A DNA stretch of 64,000 nucleotides from Lingula anatina (Eukaryota; Animalia; Brachiopoda), in contig CM120646.1 in assembly GCA_051362555.1 (NCBI GenBank), positions 14,508,001-14,572,000 on the forward strand, given 5' to 3'. The position numbers and the translations under genes were made by a program. The notes beneath the pieces are model-generated. The model did no database searches. It was not told where the DNA came from and saw only the letters and a program-made list of their open reading frames with translations. Below are positions 1-13,469 of this stretch, one piece after another (the first letter of the stretch is position 1; every line of letters starts with the position of its first letter).

Positions 1-816
1 CAGCTTACTCAACTCGCCCCGTTTTTTACATTAAACAGTAACAAACTCTCTCTCTCTCTCCCTCTCTCTCTCGTAAATTTTTAATTTTTAGTATCTAATT
101 TTTGGTAGATCCAGATATAACAAAGGTGCTATTCTCTCACTTAAGCTTACTGATAAAGCAGTTATTTTGGAAAAAAAGCATACACGGCGTTTCTATCCAC
201 CATCTACGGACTACAACTAACAATATAACTAGAGTAAATTGATGTAGATGGGATGCTGAATAATTACTCCACTGAAGAGCTAAAAGCCACTGCTTAATAT
301 TTGTGCAAGGAATTATATACATATACATATGCATACACATATAAATATGTTATAATAAACATTGTGGACAAGTCCGACTCTTCATTGATCAATCTCTCGC
401 ACCTGTTGCATTTAAGTTAAGTCAGGTTAAACTGAATTATTTATCTACGGAAATGTCACGTCACCAATGCTGCTGTTTTTGTTGCGTTTTTGAATGACAG
501 TCTTAAATATTAATGTGCGTTGCAAAATGCCATCAGGGCAAAACGCAAACAACATCTGCGCTCTTGTTAAAAGGCCAGTAGCTTGCTGTGAGTCGAAACA
601 GAGGGATGGTACAATGCAGCCTTAAACAATTCAATTACAGTCGATATTAATCGTCGTAGCAAGAAGCCTCATGGTATCCCTTTAAAGAAGGATGGTTCAA
701 ACATCCATTTTTGTGTTCTAATTGGGTAAATTGGCATCGATTAATCAGTACCAGTGCCACTTTTGTTCTGTGCCAAAAAAAGATGAAAACAAAAATCTCA
801 GCCACGTTATACAAGG

Positions 817-2001
817 ATGGTTGCTCCGATGCAGCTGTTTGACCAACAGAAGACCAGGATTCCGCGGGGTGTCCGTATTATTTATCATCATATCATGGGT
901 CTCCGCATTCATAGGTTTTTCTTCGTTTGCCTGGTAGCAGGAACTCTCTGGTGTTTACGCTCTCTGTACCTGGGCATCAGCGGTAAGTTAGTGGTGAGTG
1001 ACTTCTCTGAAAAAGCCGAGGTTTTGCCAAAGAGGGGGTGGAGGTATGGCGATAAATTAAATTAGAGAAAGATCAAGGGCAATTACACAGCAATAGAAAG
1101 AGCACAGGGATGGAAAGGGATGTCATTTGTCTTGTTTCTTGTATTGAAGAGCACGGGGAAAGAAGAGGGTACCTCGGAAACCAAGGCTGGGGAGGAGGCA
1201 CACTTGCCGGCTAGAGACAACATACATGCCACCATTTGTTTTATTTTTATTGATGCAGTCCTCGATCATCCATAGGGATGCGTAGAATGATATCTTTGGT
1301 CTGTTTCATTTTCTTATGCCTCATGATAATTAAGCATTGCTTTTTCAGCTGCTCCCATCACTCTTAGTTATATTTAACTTGTCATCGTCACTTAAAATCT
1401 GTGTGCGTCTTCATTTATAATTTATCATGTACCTATATTTTTAAATATTAAAATCTTTTTTTATTTATTACGACCACCAACTATGTGTAAAAGAAGCTGT
1501 ATGAGCAAAGACCGTTTTACATTCGTAATATGTCAGTTACCAAGATACGACCTTTTTTTTCTTTATTATTCCAGACAGCAATCATATAACTCAGGGAACG
1601 TAAATGACATACAGGCTCATGGCATTTACGTTCATCTATAAGAAAATGTAAATTATGTCTCACGTACTCATTGACAGGACAAGAATGTCTTAAAACATTA
1701 ATCAATGCAGAAAAAGGGTGTTACATGTAATTCTGAGTCACAGATCGACACGAGCTTTGTCATACGCAAACGAAGATACATGTAACGTATTCTTCGCGTT
1801 TGATATTGAAGGACTGAATTATTGATAGCCTTGCTGGTATATGAATGCAGCTACGTTTTGGTTCATGTTTATTTCAGACTGCACACTCCATAAACTGAAC
1901 GAAAATATCCAAGTTCAGAAGGTAAGGATTCATGTTAACTTTGATCTTATGATACTAGGCTCGTTTGTATGGCACAATACAAGTCCCCTTCTCTCTCTCT
2001 C

Positions 2002-2052
<51 letters not shown>

Positions 2053-3410
2053 ATACATACAATGTACATGCATATATACGTACATAAATATGTGTATATC
2101 GTTCTACCTACAGTTCATATTGAATATAATGGTGAGATGAAATTTTAGCACGTTAGCTGGAGCTATTATATTATGGGTGAGAACAAGAGTCTGATTTACA
2201 AGTAGCGCAGATAAGTGAACGATTATATCTTATCGCTACACGCATTTTTAAGTTAATTACAATTCATTCTTGTCAAGTTGTTTTGGAAATGAAAAATATA
2301 TGAAAAATATCCACCCAATTGCAACCAGCCTGCACATTTAAACAATCAAGTCATTTTCCACAACTTTTTTGACTGAGCATTCTGTGTAATTTAAGAAGGC
2401 GAACTTAAATTCATTACCCTTGTAAGTTATCAGGCCTACCCAACTACCAGACTCGGCACATAAGGATCCTGAATTAACCGGAATATCGGACCACACTACC
2501 CGTTTTCAAGGTGTGTGTCAGATCGCATTTCGGAGTATCAGTCAGAACACCGACAGGATGAGCCCACGCTCGGCTGTCACCTTGATTGGATAGTAAACGA
2601 TTGTCGTAAAATCGCTATATGATTTTAAAACCGGGTGCATAAATTTGAAAGCCACCTAGATGAACCTTAGACTGCCACATTAATCTAATACAATGCAAAA
2701 AAGCCCTATCAAAAGTGGTTAAAGCATTCAAACCGAATGTCGTAAAGTCCCCATATACCCCCATAGAGACAATAAAATAGAGTACTCTAAAGAAAGAGTA
2801 CAGTTTAAGGTTGTTCAGCCGAGCGTGGATGAGCCCGCGGTCGTCCTACAAAATTTGTTCTGGGGTATGATACTCCGAAATGCGATCTGACACACACCTT
2901 AAAAACGGGTAGTGTGGTCCGATATACCGGTTAATTCAGGATCCTTATGTGCCGAGTCTGGTAGTTGGGTAGGCCTGGTTATGATCATCCGTGTACTTGG
3001 GTTGATGCAGGAAATCCATGGTCTCATTTAAAAAATAATTTCATCGGCTATATTATGCTTTTAGAAAAAAAGCATTAGTTTTTATTCAATCAACAGTTAG
3101 TATTGGCATTGTGCTTCATAAGGGATGAGCAACAGTGTCAATATTAGCTGCTAATTGAAGAGAAGCATTCCTTTCTTCTTACTCACTGCATTGTTTTCAA
3201 ACAGTGTCAGTACTGCGATACTTTGGACCAAAAATTCTTGTAGCTGTGAATGTCAATATCAAAAGGCAATCCATCGTAGTCAAAACAATAAATCATAAGT
3301 GCTATATTTCTGCCACAAAAGCGCGAATGGCATTTTATATTAAACAGCACCGATATACATGTGCATTGGTGCACATTGTTATAGATCATGAAAGGGAGCT
3401 AATAAAAGTT

Positions 3411-3471
<61 letters not shown>

Positions 3472-4568
3472 TACACACACATTGTCGGATGGGTCGGTAA
3501 TGTGATAAATGTTTTCACTCTTTTTTGCACGCCTTGTAACAGAAAATTTTGTTAAAAGATAGAAACACATAAACAATGAATTGAGCAAATACCTGTTATC
3601 ATATAAAAATGTTAAATAGTAACAAAATATTTTTATTTGCTGGGAGAACAAGTCCATAATATATACAAATGGAAGTATTCAGTGTCTTAAAGCATATTGC
3701 TAAGCTATGGCGTTCATTTCAGCTGCCACTTCTGAGAAGTATTCCATTAGATTGGTATGCGGAGAACGAGAGAAGGCAACAGAACATCGCGCGTGTTTGC
3801 AAAACGCATAAACGTGGTCCATGGGCAAAAAAGAGAGTGCAAATGAACAAAAGCGAATTTAATAATTTCTTTGTGGATGACATCCATAAGATCGTATACT
3901 GTGAGGTTCCAAAAGTCGGCTGCTCAAATTGGAAGCGCGTGTATCTGGTGCTTACTCACAACATGAAGCAAGACGAGGCGGAACGTACCAATCAAATGTT
4001 CATACACTACAAATATGCCAACAACCTGGTTCGCCTGGTAAAATACACGTCAAAGGGCATCGAATATCGACTACAAAACTATCTTAAATTCATGTTTGTA
4101 CGACACCCGCTAGAACGGATAGTATCCGGGTACAGAGACAAATTGGAGGACCCGGATGACATATATCAGAAAACGTTGGGGAAGTATCTGTTGAGGAAAT
4201 ATAGAAATATAACTACTGAAGACAACAATGCTGGAACAACTCCAACATTTTCTGAGCTCGTTCGGTACATTATATCCGCTAAAAAACTCGATGTGCATTT
4301 TAGAGAGTATGACCAGCTATGTCACCCGTGCGATATACCTTATGACGTCATAGGAAAATACGAAACGATAGACACCGATGCAGCAAATATCATTAAACTC
4401 ATAGGAGCTTCGCAGGAAGTTTCTTTTCCGAAAAGCAATGGAGCTGGGCAAACACAAAAATTTGTAAATAAATATCTAATGCAACTGAACAATACCGAAA
4501 GATCACAGCTTTGGAATAGGTACCGATTTGACGGACGTCTTTTTAACTATGGATATGATTTTCATTGA
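817..4568 (+). CDS. Golgi carbohydrate sulfotransferase, Sulfotransfer_2 (CHST8-14/HNK-1ST) family, CHST11-like; 3 coding exons
   Basis: Exons 817(or ATG 895)-982 (hydrophobic type II anchor RFFFVCLVAGTLWCL, donor GTAAGT, phase 1), 1878-1921 (DCTLHKLNENIQVQK, phase 0) and 3723-4568, which join in frame. The last exon has the 5'-PSB motif YCEVPKVGCSNWKR, the 3'-PB motif FVRHPLERIVSGYRDK, LCHPCDIPYDVIGKYET and the terminal DGRLFNY. The start codon is uncertain. Confidence 0.9.
2431..2977. mobile_element. Non-autonomous DNA transposon (MITE) with ~110-bp terminal inverted repeats and 5-bp TSD, in sulfotransferase intron 2
   Basis: 2431-2540 (CAGGCCTACCCAACTACCAGACTCGGCAC...GGAGTATCA) is a near-perfect reverse complement of 2868-2977. 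GTTAT flanks both ends. No ORF. Confidence 0.9.
3412..3481. repeat. (CT)n(CA)n compound microsatellite; similar tracts at ~46-72, 1989-2046, 7571-7678, 21844-21883, 28804-28851, 30157-30203, 51102-51182
   Basis: Dinucleotide runs are directly visible; they produce the spurious SLSLSL/ERERER/CVCVCV ORFs. Confidence 0.95.
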
Positions 4569-5289
4569 TCAATACAGAAAAAGAGATCATGAAAATTTAA
4601 AGACAATCACAATCAAAAGGCGTTCGATCTTTTCATAACACGAAATGAATTTTCTTGGGAACTTCATCAATTTTCCCATATTTGCCAAGGTATACGTTAT
4701 CCACAGCCGGTGCAAAAATAAAGAACCAGAAAGGCGTTTTGAAGTTTTTTCTTTAATTTTGGAGTCCTGAAACTTTATACATTTCCCTCCGAATAGCAAT
4801 CTAATTTCCGTTATATGTGAATATTTGATTAATATACATGTATAAATGACTGAATAAACTTTTACCTTATTATCTTATCTTATGTACGGGATTGATACAA
4901 TGTAACAGTCAAGACTCCCTAAACTCAAATTTTATGTAACTTTTAAGCATTCATAACATCTTTGATATAGGCAATGGTATAAACCTGTATATCCTGCCAA
5001 TATCAAGAGTCATAATGTGTAACTCAAATTATCTTCGCCAGGTTCTCTTTTTTTCAGTCCATTTATATGCATAGCACTTACATTGTAGTCCTCTCAGTTC
5101 ACGAAAATAAAACATGACTTGGAATGATTAACAGAATCCTATTGAAAATTGAAATTAATTGGCGCCACTGTCTCTTTCATTAGAAATTCAAAGATGATTT
5201 GCAAAATTCTAACTGATATGAAATAGTCTCTTAAAATTGTGACGTGAGACATCACGTGGTATAGTCTCTCTGGCGTCATTTATTCGTTA

Positions 5290-7590
5290 TTACACTGTAC
5301 ATACTTCGATGTGCTCTAATAGTTCAGCGCTGCGCGTTTGGCTGTATTGCTTCCAACACTTTGGACATCGAAGTAATCCACCGTTCTGTCTGGGTTCATT
5401 GTCCACAAACGATTCCGGAACGCCATTATGATGGGAGAGGTTCATTTGGGGGTTATTTCCTTCCATAACAACGGTGACGTCACCACCACTGTTGAAAGAG
5501 TTTCCGTTGGTATTGTTTTGCAAGTTCAATTCGTCAATGTTCACCCCAGTGAGGCTATCAGTTTCAACGTTTTCAGTCAATGGACTGGCAGCAGGACCTC
5601 TGGCGGTGAGACCCACTCGCTGGGAAAGATACGGAAATGTTGACCCAAATAAACAATTCAGAAAATGAAAATATACTAGTTTTAGTTAAAGGAAGCCATT
5701 CGATTACCTTAATGAATGGGAAAAATGAAATGAAAATGGCTCTGTAATTTATCTCCCGTTTTTTTTCTCCATACCCTGGACGCAAGAAGCCTGAAGTGTT
5801 TGAAATCTTAATGAGAAAACCAGGTAATATGTCTGACTGTCTTGATACAAATACTGTTTTATGATATTTTCAGTGATTAAATTTTACACTCATCAATATA
5901 CATGTAACATCGCTTTTTCCCAAGCATGTTTTACTGACAGTAAATTAAATAAAGGACCGTAGCTTATATCAGTTTGTGATTATTGTAAGGAGAGTTGGAT
6001 TTCCAACTTTTTACTAGAAGTTCAGTGCACGTACAGTGCATGTAACTTTATCTTACCCTTGATCGACAATATTGCAATTGTTTCTGCAATTCGACAACTT
6101 TTGCCTGGGCAGCCTCTCTGTCGGCTCTCTCTGCCTCGAAGTCCTCTGTGCAGGCCCGGACTTGCATTTTCAATACCGCTAATTGGTCACTCTCCTCGGA
6201 GTGACCGGGATGACCAGGATGAGGTGGCAGTCTATGGGTCAGCGAAACCCTTTCACGGAGTTGTTCGGAGAGACGCTGGACTTCTTCGTTCTTTTGTTGA
6301 AGTCTTTTTCTCATGATTAACATTTCGTCTTCCAGCTGTGTGTGCGAAATAGAAAGAGAGAGAGAGAGTGTGAGAGTGAGAGCTCTGTGGCCGCCATTTA
6401 GAGCAGTGTTTAGAGATATCTTTTACAAAGGAAGGAGCATCAAACAATTTTGTTATGTACTCTAGCATGAACCTACATATAACTGTACGGGGTGATGAGG
6501 GAAAGGGTAACAGGCCCAAAGAAACAAGATTTTTTTCGAGAAATGCTTATCAAGTGTTTTATTATAATGTGCGCTGACCTTTTCCTTTGATGCCTGCGCC
6601 TCTTCCGCCTTGCGCTTGGAGTTCAGTAAAACCTGATCAAACTCTCGCTGCTGCTCTTCGCTCAAAGCGGGGCGGGTGCGAAGTCGCTGTAATTCAGACT
6701 CTAGGATTGACACGTTCTGAATAGTCTGGTTTACAAACTGTTCCCGCTGGGAATTATAAATTTGCCATCTCTTGTTAGCTTCCACTGCCTGTAAACGATA
6801 TATGCACGTATTATTATATATTATAAATTAGTTCAATGATTCTAAAAAAATGTTCATGTGATCATTCCATCTTTCGCTCGCTTATGCTGCTATATTTCAT
6901 GACTTACTCCTTTATCTCTTACTTGTGCTCTTTCTTGCAAATTTTATACTTGGAATAAATACGTTCGTTATGTAGATAAATCGAAAACTGACAGCTGGCA
7001 TGATTTTATAAAACTAAATACAGTATATTGTCGCACATGTAGGACATCAAATATTTGGAATGTAAAAAAAACTATACACACGTCATTCAACTTCTGTCGT
7101 AGTCGAATAACTTCAGCGGTGGCTTCGGGACAGATCTAAAAAAGTATGGAATCTAATAAGTGACGGTTTCGCTACTAATACTGATAATGACACTGATAAA
7201 ATAGTTTCTCGCAGGATAAAAAAAAATTAGAAAACAAACCTAGTTTGTAAAGCACTCAGAACATTTTTAGAAAGAACTGAACAATAGCTTACTTCTGAAC
7301 TGTTGATTTTACATTGCAATGACTGGCACTGCTGAATTGTCTCCGACAGACTAGTCCTCAAGCGTTCGACTTCTTCAGATGATATGTGCACCGATTTACT
7401 TTTTTCTTTTAATAGTTTCTGGAGTCGGGATATTTCTTGCAGCTTTTCGTCTTCTGTTGTAGAATACAGGCGCCGATAGGAAGACACAAGGTGTTCTAAC
7501 TTTTGGGTCCGTTGCTGAGACAGGGAAAGAATAAGACGAATTAAGTATGGCATACTGGTAGGTATTTGCTTCTCTCTCTCTCTCTCTCTT

Positions 7591-7631
<41 letters not shown>

Positions 7632-9792
7632 CACACACACACACACGCACACGCACACGCGCGCGCGCGTGCGCGCGCCATCTGGGAATATGAATAATAA
7701 TAAATAATAATAAAAAAAAGCATGAACAAGGCCATAAGTAGTGAAAGTGCTTTTTTTAGGGGGAGCTGTTGATGGCCTACAATATACATGTACACTCAAA
7801 GAGGGTTTCTTTACTGCTTGTGGTGCTCATCCATATGCTGACTGAAGGAGAAAAGATCCCTTGACGGACTGGGGGGGGGGGGGGGGGAGAAGAGGACATT
7901 TCGTACAGACCACTACAAATAATCTTTTTTATTACTCTCCCGTGGTCTACTACCGGATAAGTCACGTTCTAAATATGAAGAAAGGCCGTGAATAGATGCC
8001 ATGTCCACATATGATCAAGTTTTATCCCACTGCCTATTTACCTGGTATATCCTCAAAGTCATGTGAGTAATGTGTTTGTGAGTCATACAGTGTACAACTT
8101 CCCATGTGATTGAAAGGGCATAGACATAACGTTGAAAGAGGAAGTAAATATTGCTGCCTGGCCCAATTGAGCTGAGTACGACAATTCACTGCAGTATCTG
8201 TGCCTGATTAATCCATCGCCGAATTTGATTGCTATTTGGAGGGCCACCCCTATTGACATTGCGGTTTTCAAGTAGTTATAGTAATTTTAGAGCTAGCATG
8301 GTTTTTCAATCAGCTGCGTGGCGACCGATTTAAATTTTTGCAAGAGCAAGCATTTTACGCGTTTGCAAATGTAAAATTACTTTAGTATAATGGCTTTTTA
8401 TAATCAATAAAACACATTGACTACATCCTAGTTACTGTTACCGAAAAATCAAAATGGCCACCAAAACAAGTGTAGAGGAGTATAGCAAAATCACTTTATA
8501 CTACAGTAGTATCTGGTATAATAAGTCTAATTAACACCATTTTCTTCTTTAGTTTTTATGTTCATTGTGATTCTTTCGTTAGCCATTATCCTAAAATACC
8601 ACTATCTCCTTATTTGACATTCAACTAATGCTTGGTGAGGGCGAAAGCCCTACCAGAAGTCAAGTTGCCACTCCCATGGGTCCTATAGTTGAGCCATACT
8701 TACTGTATTACTTTCTGTAATTATTTGAAAAAGAATTGCATTCCTTTGGGTTAGAAAAGTCAACTTAGCTTGGTTTTACTAACACTGGGGACATTCAGCA
8801 CTTTTTATAACCTAAAATGGTCGCCGTATTGTAACGTAAAATAGCATAAACATTCATAGCGATTAAAATCAAACTATATATATATTTTTTTTCATTTTGG
8901 TGTCTATTTGCATTTTATGAATACAGAGGGTATATTGAGATTTTGTTTTACATCTCTGTCAATCATACTAATAAAAATAACAAAATGGCTGCCAAAAATG
9001 GTATGGAAAAGGCAGGATAAGAGATGGTAAAATATCTTTTTTTAATTGAAAAGACCTTGAATGAAGTGTGCAATTATTTCAATAAAACAATACGCATGTG
9101 GTCAAAGCAGGCAACAAAATAACAAGATTGGTTAGCTAGATGACACAAAATGGAAAAGAAATATGTGCATCAAAGATCTTCTACGGTTAACCAGTCAGTC
9201 ATATCTGACACTTCAGATGTTAGCCCTTTATTTTGAGTGCAAGTTAATTGTCTAAATGAATATGAGTTGGATAAAAATTAATGCCTACCTTAAGCTCTTT
9301 CAGTTTTCTGGAACAGTTAAGGTCGCAACAGTCCACAGAATTTTCTGTGGAGGCTAGTGACAGTTCAGAAAGCCCTGCACTATTTTCAGAGTTCTCAAAT
9401 CCGTTGGGCAGATGTGGGGACAGCAGACTGTCGTCCAGAGTTTCCCCTCCTGCAAGCTGGGATGTCATCAAGGCGCTTTCTACTGGTACCGTAAGGCCGG
9501 GGTATAAGCAGTTTCCCGGGGCGGTAGCGTAGACGCCCTCTTGAAACCCACTTTGACCTTGGGAAGATGTGGCGTAGTTTCTACTGCCTAGCCCTGCTGT
9601 AACAAGATTTATATCCTTCTCAAGATTTCTTCGTCTTCGCGATGCTCCTGTCTGAACGGAGAATTCTGGTGTGGCCGCCTTGTTGACTGCGGAGGACAAA
9701 GGTATTTCAACGTAAACGGAATTATTCTCTTTCTCGGTGTTTAGGTAGTGTTGTGTTCCATTACTGAGGCAAATCTGGTGCTCATCGGACAT
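5290..9792 (-). CDS. CEP55/TNIP2(ABIN-2)-like coiled-coil protein with EABR, UBAN/NOA and C-terminal CCHC zinc finger; 6 coding exons
   Basis: Minus-strand exons 9792-9289, 7514-7293, 7135-7082 (ICPEATAEVIRLRQKLND), 6788-6579, 6335-6057 and 5619-5290, all joined by phase-0 GT-AG introns. Motifs: EABR-like VEANKRWQIYNSQREQFV; UBAN-like LKMQVRACTEDFEAERADREAAQ; zinc finger CPKCWKQY...LLEHIEVC before the stop. Confidence 0.85.
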
Positions 9793-11005
9793 CTTCAAAC
9801 TCGACCAAAAAGCACAACAGAAAATGAAACCCTGTAATGTCTGGCTTGAATAAGTAAAGTGCAGTGTCCGAGACGCAAATATCATTCCTTGGACCAACTG
9901 CGTGTTTTCCTGTTAAGTGATCAGAAAATCTGAAAAAATGAGGAAAATACGAAAATCTAGATGCTGAAGCACTCTGGCCTTCGTGTGATATAAAATACAC
10001 ATTGAATCTTACGTGTGTCATTTATACTACTTTAATAAACTAATGTTGTGGGTTGCGAAAGTAGAAGTTGCTCTATATGCTTGTATCATTGTCATAAACT
10101 CAATGAATTTCCTTAGGCAACATACTGGTACATTTGACTAAATATCCGGTTGACGTAAACTTATCAAACTCAATCCTGACCATCAGAGATAACAAGCACC
10201 GGAACGCAGCAGGTGGCAATGACTGACACCACACGAGACTAGGGCGAGAATCCGCGAGAAGTGCGGCTAACTAAAAAAACGATAAGGGTGTATTTTCATA
10301 GGCCAAGAAATTGACTTCGGAAAGTACATGTTATAAAGGCGACAAGCAAAACAAAGGAAATTGGAACTGTTGCGTAATATATTGCTTTGGTAAAACTTTA
10401 GAGAAAAAAGGCCAAAATATCCGTGGCTCACTACTTTCAGCTTTCCTGAACCCCAGATGCATTGCCTGCTTGCCTCACCAAATGAAAAGAAAAAAGTCAC
10501 AGTCAGTTAGACTACTACTTTTTTTTAAAAGAATTATAGAGATTGTCAGAAGACTTTTTGGTAAAGGTCATTATAAGTCTGATGATGATGATAAGTGTCT
10601 TATATAAAATGCATTCGATATACAATATGTGGTAAATGTCACGTTTAGATAGAATTGAAAAAAAAAAAGAACGGAGAAAGTCTTTAGATACAAGAAATGG
10701 ATTTGCGCTTGTTTCAATTTGATCGTTTGATTTTTTCAGTCGGTTAATGGTTCTAAAAGACAAAATCGCGTAGAGCAAGACGGGGGCTTCTCCCAGAAAG
10801 AAGAATGGTGATCAAGAATTTTACTTACACGATGTCGGGGAGTTTTACAGTGTCTAACCAGTGATTTGTATCCGAATGTATTCAAACCTTTCTTGAATTA
10901 AAGATATAATACGGTCAAAAACTATTCTTTTTTGTCAATGGCGCATAGCTTGTTTCTAGCTCAATTCGTTTACATGTGCTTATTAATGTCAACACAGAAC
11001 CTTAA

Positions 11006-12444
11006 AGGGTTTGCTTCATGCCGTCAGAATGGCCTGAACGGAACATATTCTTCAGAAAACATGCCCAACTAACGATATCTTTATCCAAATACACAAATTA
11101 AAAGCTCATTTTGTAAATTTTTGGCTTTAAAAAACGTCCTATTTGCTCGGCCTGGGAGTTAATGAGCTACGTGGTCACGTGGTTCAATGACGACAATCGA
11201 GCCACTGGAGAACAGAGCGTGCTTAGCTGTCAAACTGAGCTGCATTGTCTACCTGTAAGATGACTTCTCTGGCTTCTGATAAAAGTTTATACTCATTCAA
11301 ATCTCTTACCCGAGGGGTTTAAATCCTCGTGAAGCTGTGTAAAACCATTTCCCGTCTAGTCATTTCTTTAACAAGCATTTCATTATGGTTATCCCAAGTT
11401 GTATAAAACACTGCATTTGAATGAGTTAAGGGAAATGTTGATTATTGCATATGAGGTCCATGTTATTTGTGAAATTCAATTTATTTTATTAAACCGCTGA
11501 CACTCCGTCTTGCATACTTTTATTAAACTGAGGTAAACAATGCCCGTTACCTTTACAAGTCCTATCTTAATCATCCATCTAACTGGAACTTCCTTTACCT
11601 CTTAATTAGAGGGTTAAATGGCATTCAATTTGTCTTGCTTGTATCGAACGCACTCTCTATCTAAGCTTTACTCCAGTTATCTCAGGTAAAAATCTACCTG
11701 TGCGTTAGTTACAAAGCGCAGCTCCCGTAGACCTGGGGGTACTAGATAAAATCTGAACACCAGGTTTATCGAGGAGCTAGAGAAAGAAAGGAAGAATTTT
11801 TCCTGCACAACTTCATAGGAATTTTAACACGGACTTGATCCAGCTTAGACCTCCAAACTAACAGGGTGACATGGGCAATTTTCACAAACAAATCATAAAA
11901 CTATTTTTCAGTTAACCGCCTTTAAAATAAATATACCGTTCTGGGTAAATTAATATAGTTATTAAATCGCAAGAATATTTTTGACTTAAATGATGATTTT
12001 ATTATTAATGGAAATTAAGCTACTATATGAGGTACATTTGCTGTGATTACGCTGTCCTTCATGTTTTGCGTAAGTCTACATTTTGCTGTATGTGCTTGTA
12101 ATCTTTTTAAATATGTGCGTACAATTTTTGGAGGTCTGGTTACCCCCCTGTTATGTGATGAGAGTATTAATTTGGCAATTAGTTCCTTAGCTTATTTGAA
12201 TAGAATTGCAGTGTAAAATTTTCAACAAGATGTTGGCGAAATAGCCCATTACTCTTTGTAAGTTTGTCTAAAATTATCTTTCAATCTTTACTCTTTCAAA
12301 GACAGTATAAAGTTACCTGACATATTTTCGTGTAAACTTAATGACAAGCCAAGTGTCTCCAGTTCATTCCGTACTCAATTTTACCCAAGCAAATTTTTTT
12401 CTTGAGTAGATCTTTATAGCACGGTGTTATAAGCTTACAAATTT

Positions 12445-12479
<35 letters not shown>

Positions 12480-13469
12480 CGTACTGACGCAGAATTTGCG
12501 TTTCAAGTTATAAGATAATCAATCTTTTAAATTATTTAATATTTCAGATGAAATAATCTTCAGAAACAAATCTTCAAAGCATAAACGAATTAGGATAACG
12601 AACCATTTTATTATAGCAGTTCCCATTTTTCCTTTAATATAACGCTCTTTTTCCTGTTTTTCCTCAACACGTTTTCTTCCACGGAAGCTTCAAGATACCC
12701 TGAGAGCAATTTCTTTTATTAATGTTCGCGACCGTGTTTGAACTTAATTGTTTAAGTATTGATATTTAACGTCATTTACAAATACCAATAAAATAACCCC
12801 GTGAAATAAATGAGATATATTGAAAAATATGAAAGCCCACCAAGACGAGTTTCATACCTGTTATTACCTGGCTTGGGAATAGCAGCGGTGCATAATTAAC
12901 AGGTTTGTTGTAAACGAGCTTTTGGTCAACTACAATGCATTTAAAATGCATCAGCAATCAGTAAGTTTGCCAACTGATGACAGTTAATCTGAAAGACTAC
13001 CAGCTCTTGATATGATCTAAACCACCTGAGTTGACCATGATCTAGAGCATCGCAACTATTGTCACCGAATTTAGTAAGTAAGTCACGGAAGACCGTCACA
13101 GACAAAGAAAGATTGTCAACGAGAGCTGCAATTTTGGTGAATCCCACGGCAACACACCGAGGAATAACGAAAATTCCTCAACTCCGTTCAACACAACTTT
13201 CCTTAACTTCTCCGTCTGTATGCACCATGCAGCTCAGTTGAGTCTCATAGACCTTTATCGTGATTGTCGTCACAGTACCACGTGACCCAGATCTGTTGCT
13301 TCATTTTTGCATATTGAGGTGAGGTTTACTAAAACGCTTTTTTTTCTACTAATAGATTGTTTTTATAATTTTTAAATGGCGGGGATCGATTAAAACAAAC
13401 CTCTAGTGTATAGATTGAGTGCTGTATCTTCAAAATTCGAGAAATGGATTTTTACATGAACATTGTCCT
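11006..13469. mobile_element. Candidate Kolobok-like (TTAA-target) non-autonomous DNA element, ~2.5 kb
   Basis: TTAA at 11002-11005 and 13470-13473. Weak TIRs (AGGGTTTGCTTCATG versus reverse complement AGGACAATGTTCATG). Three collinear subterminal inverted blocks: GGTCACGTGGT (11173/13277), TGACGACAATC (11188/13262) and AACTGAGCTGCAT (11233/13227). No recognisable transposase. Confidence 0.5.

Noticed and set aside
4568-5290. Convergent 3' ends as an antisense pair
   Set aside because: The stops are 720 bp apart and AATAAA signals exist on each strand, so nothing in the sequence shows overlap.
1841-7795. ORFs with SLSLSL, ERERER, CVCVCV or ARARAR runs
   Set aside because: They are translations of microsatellites inside introns.
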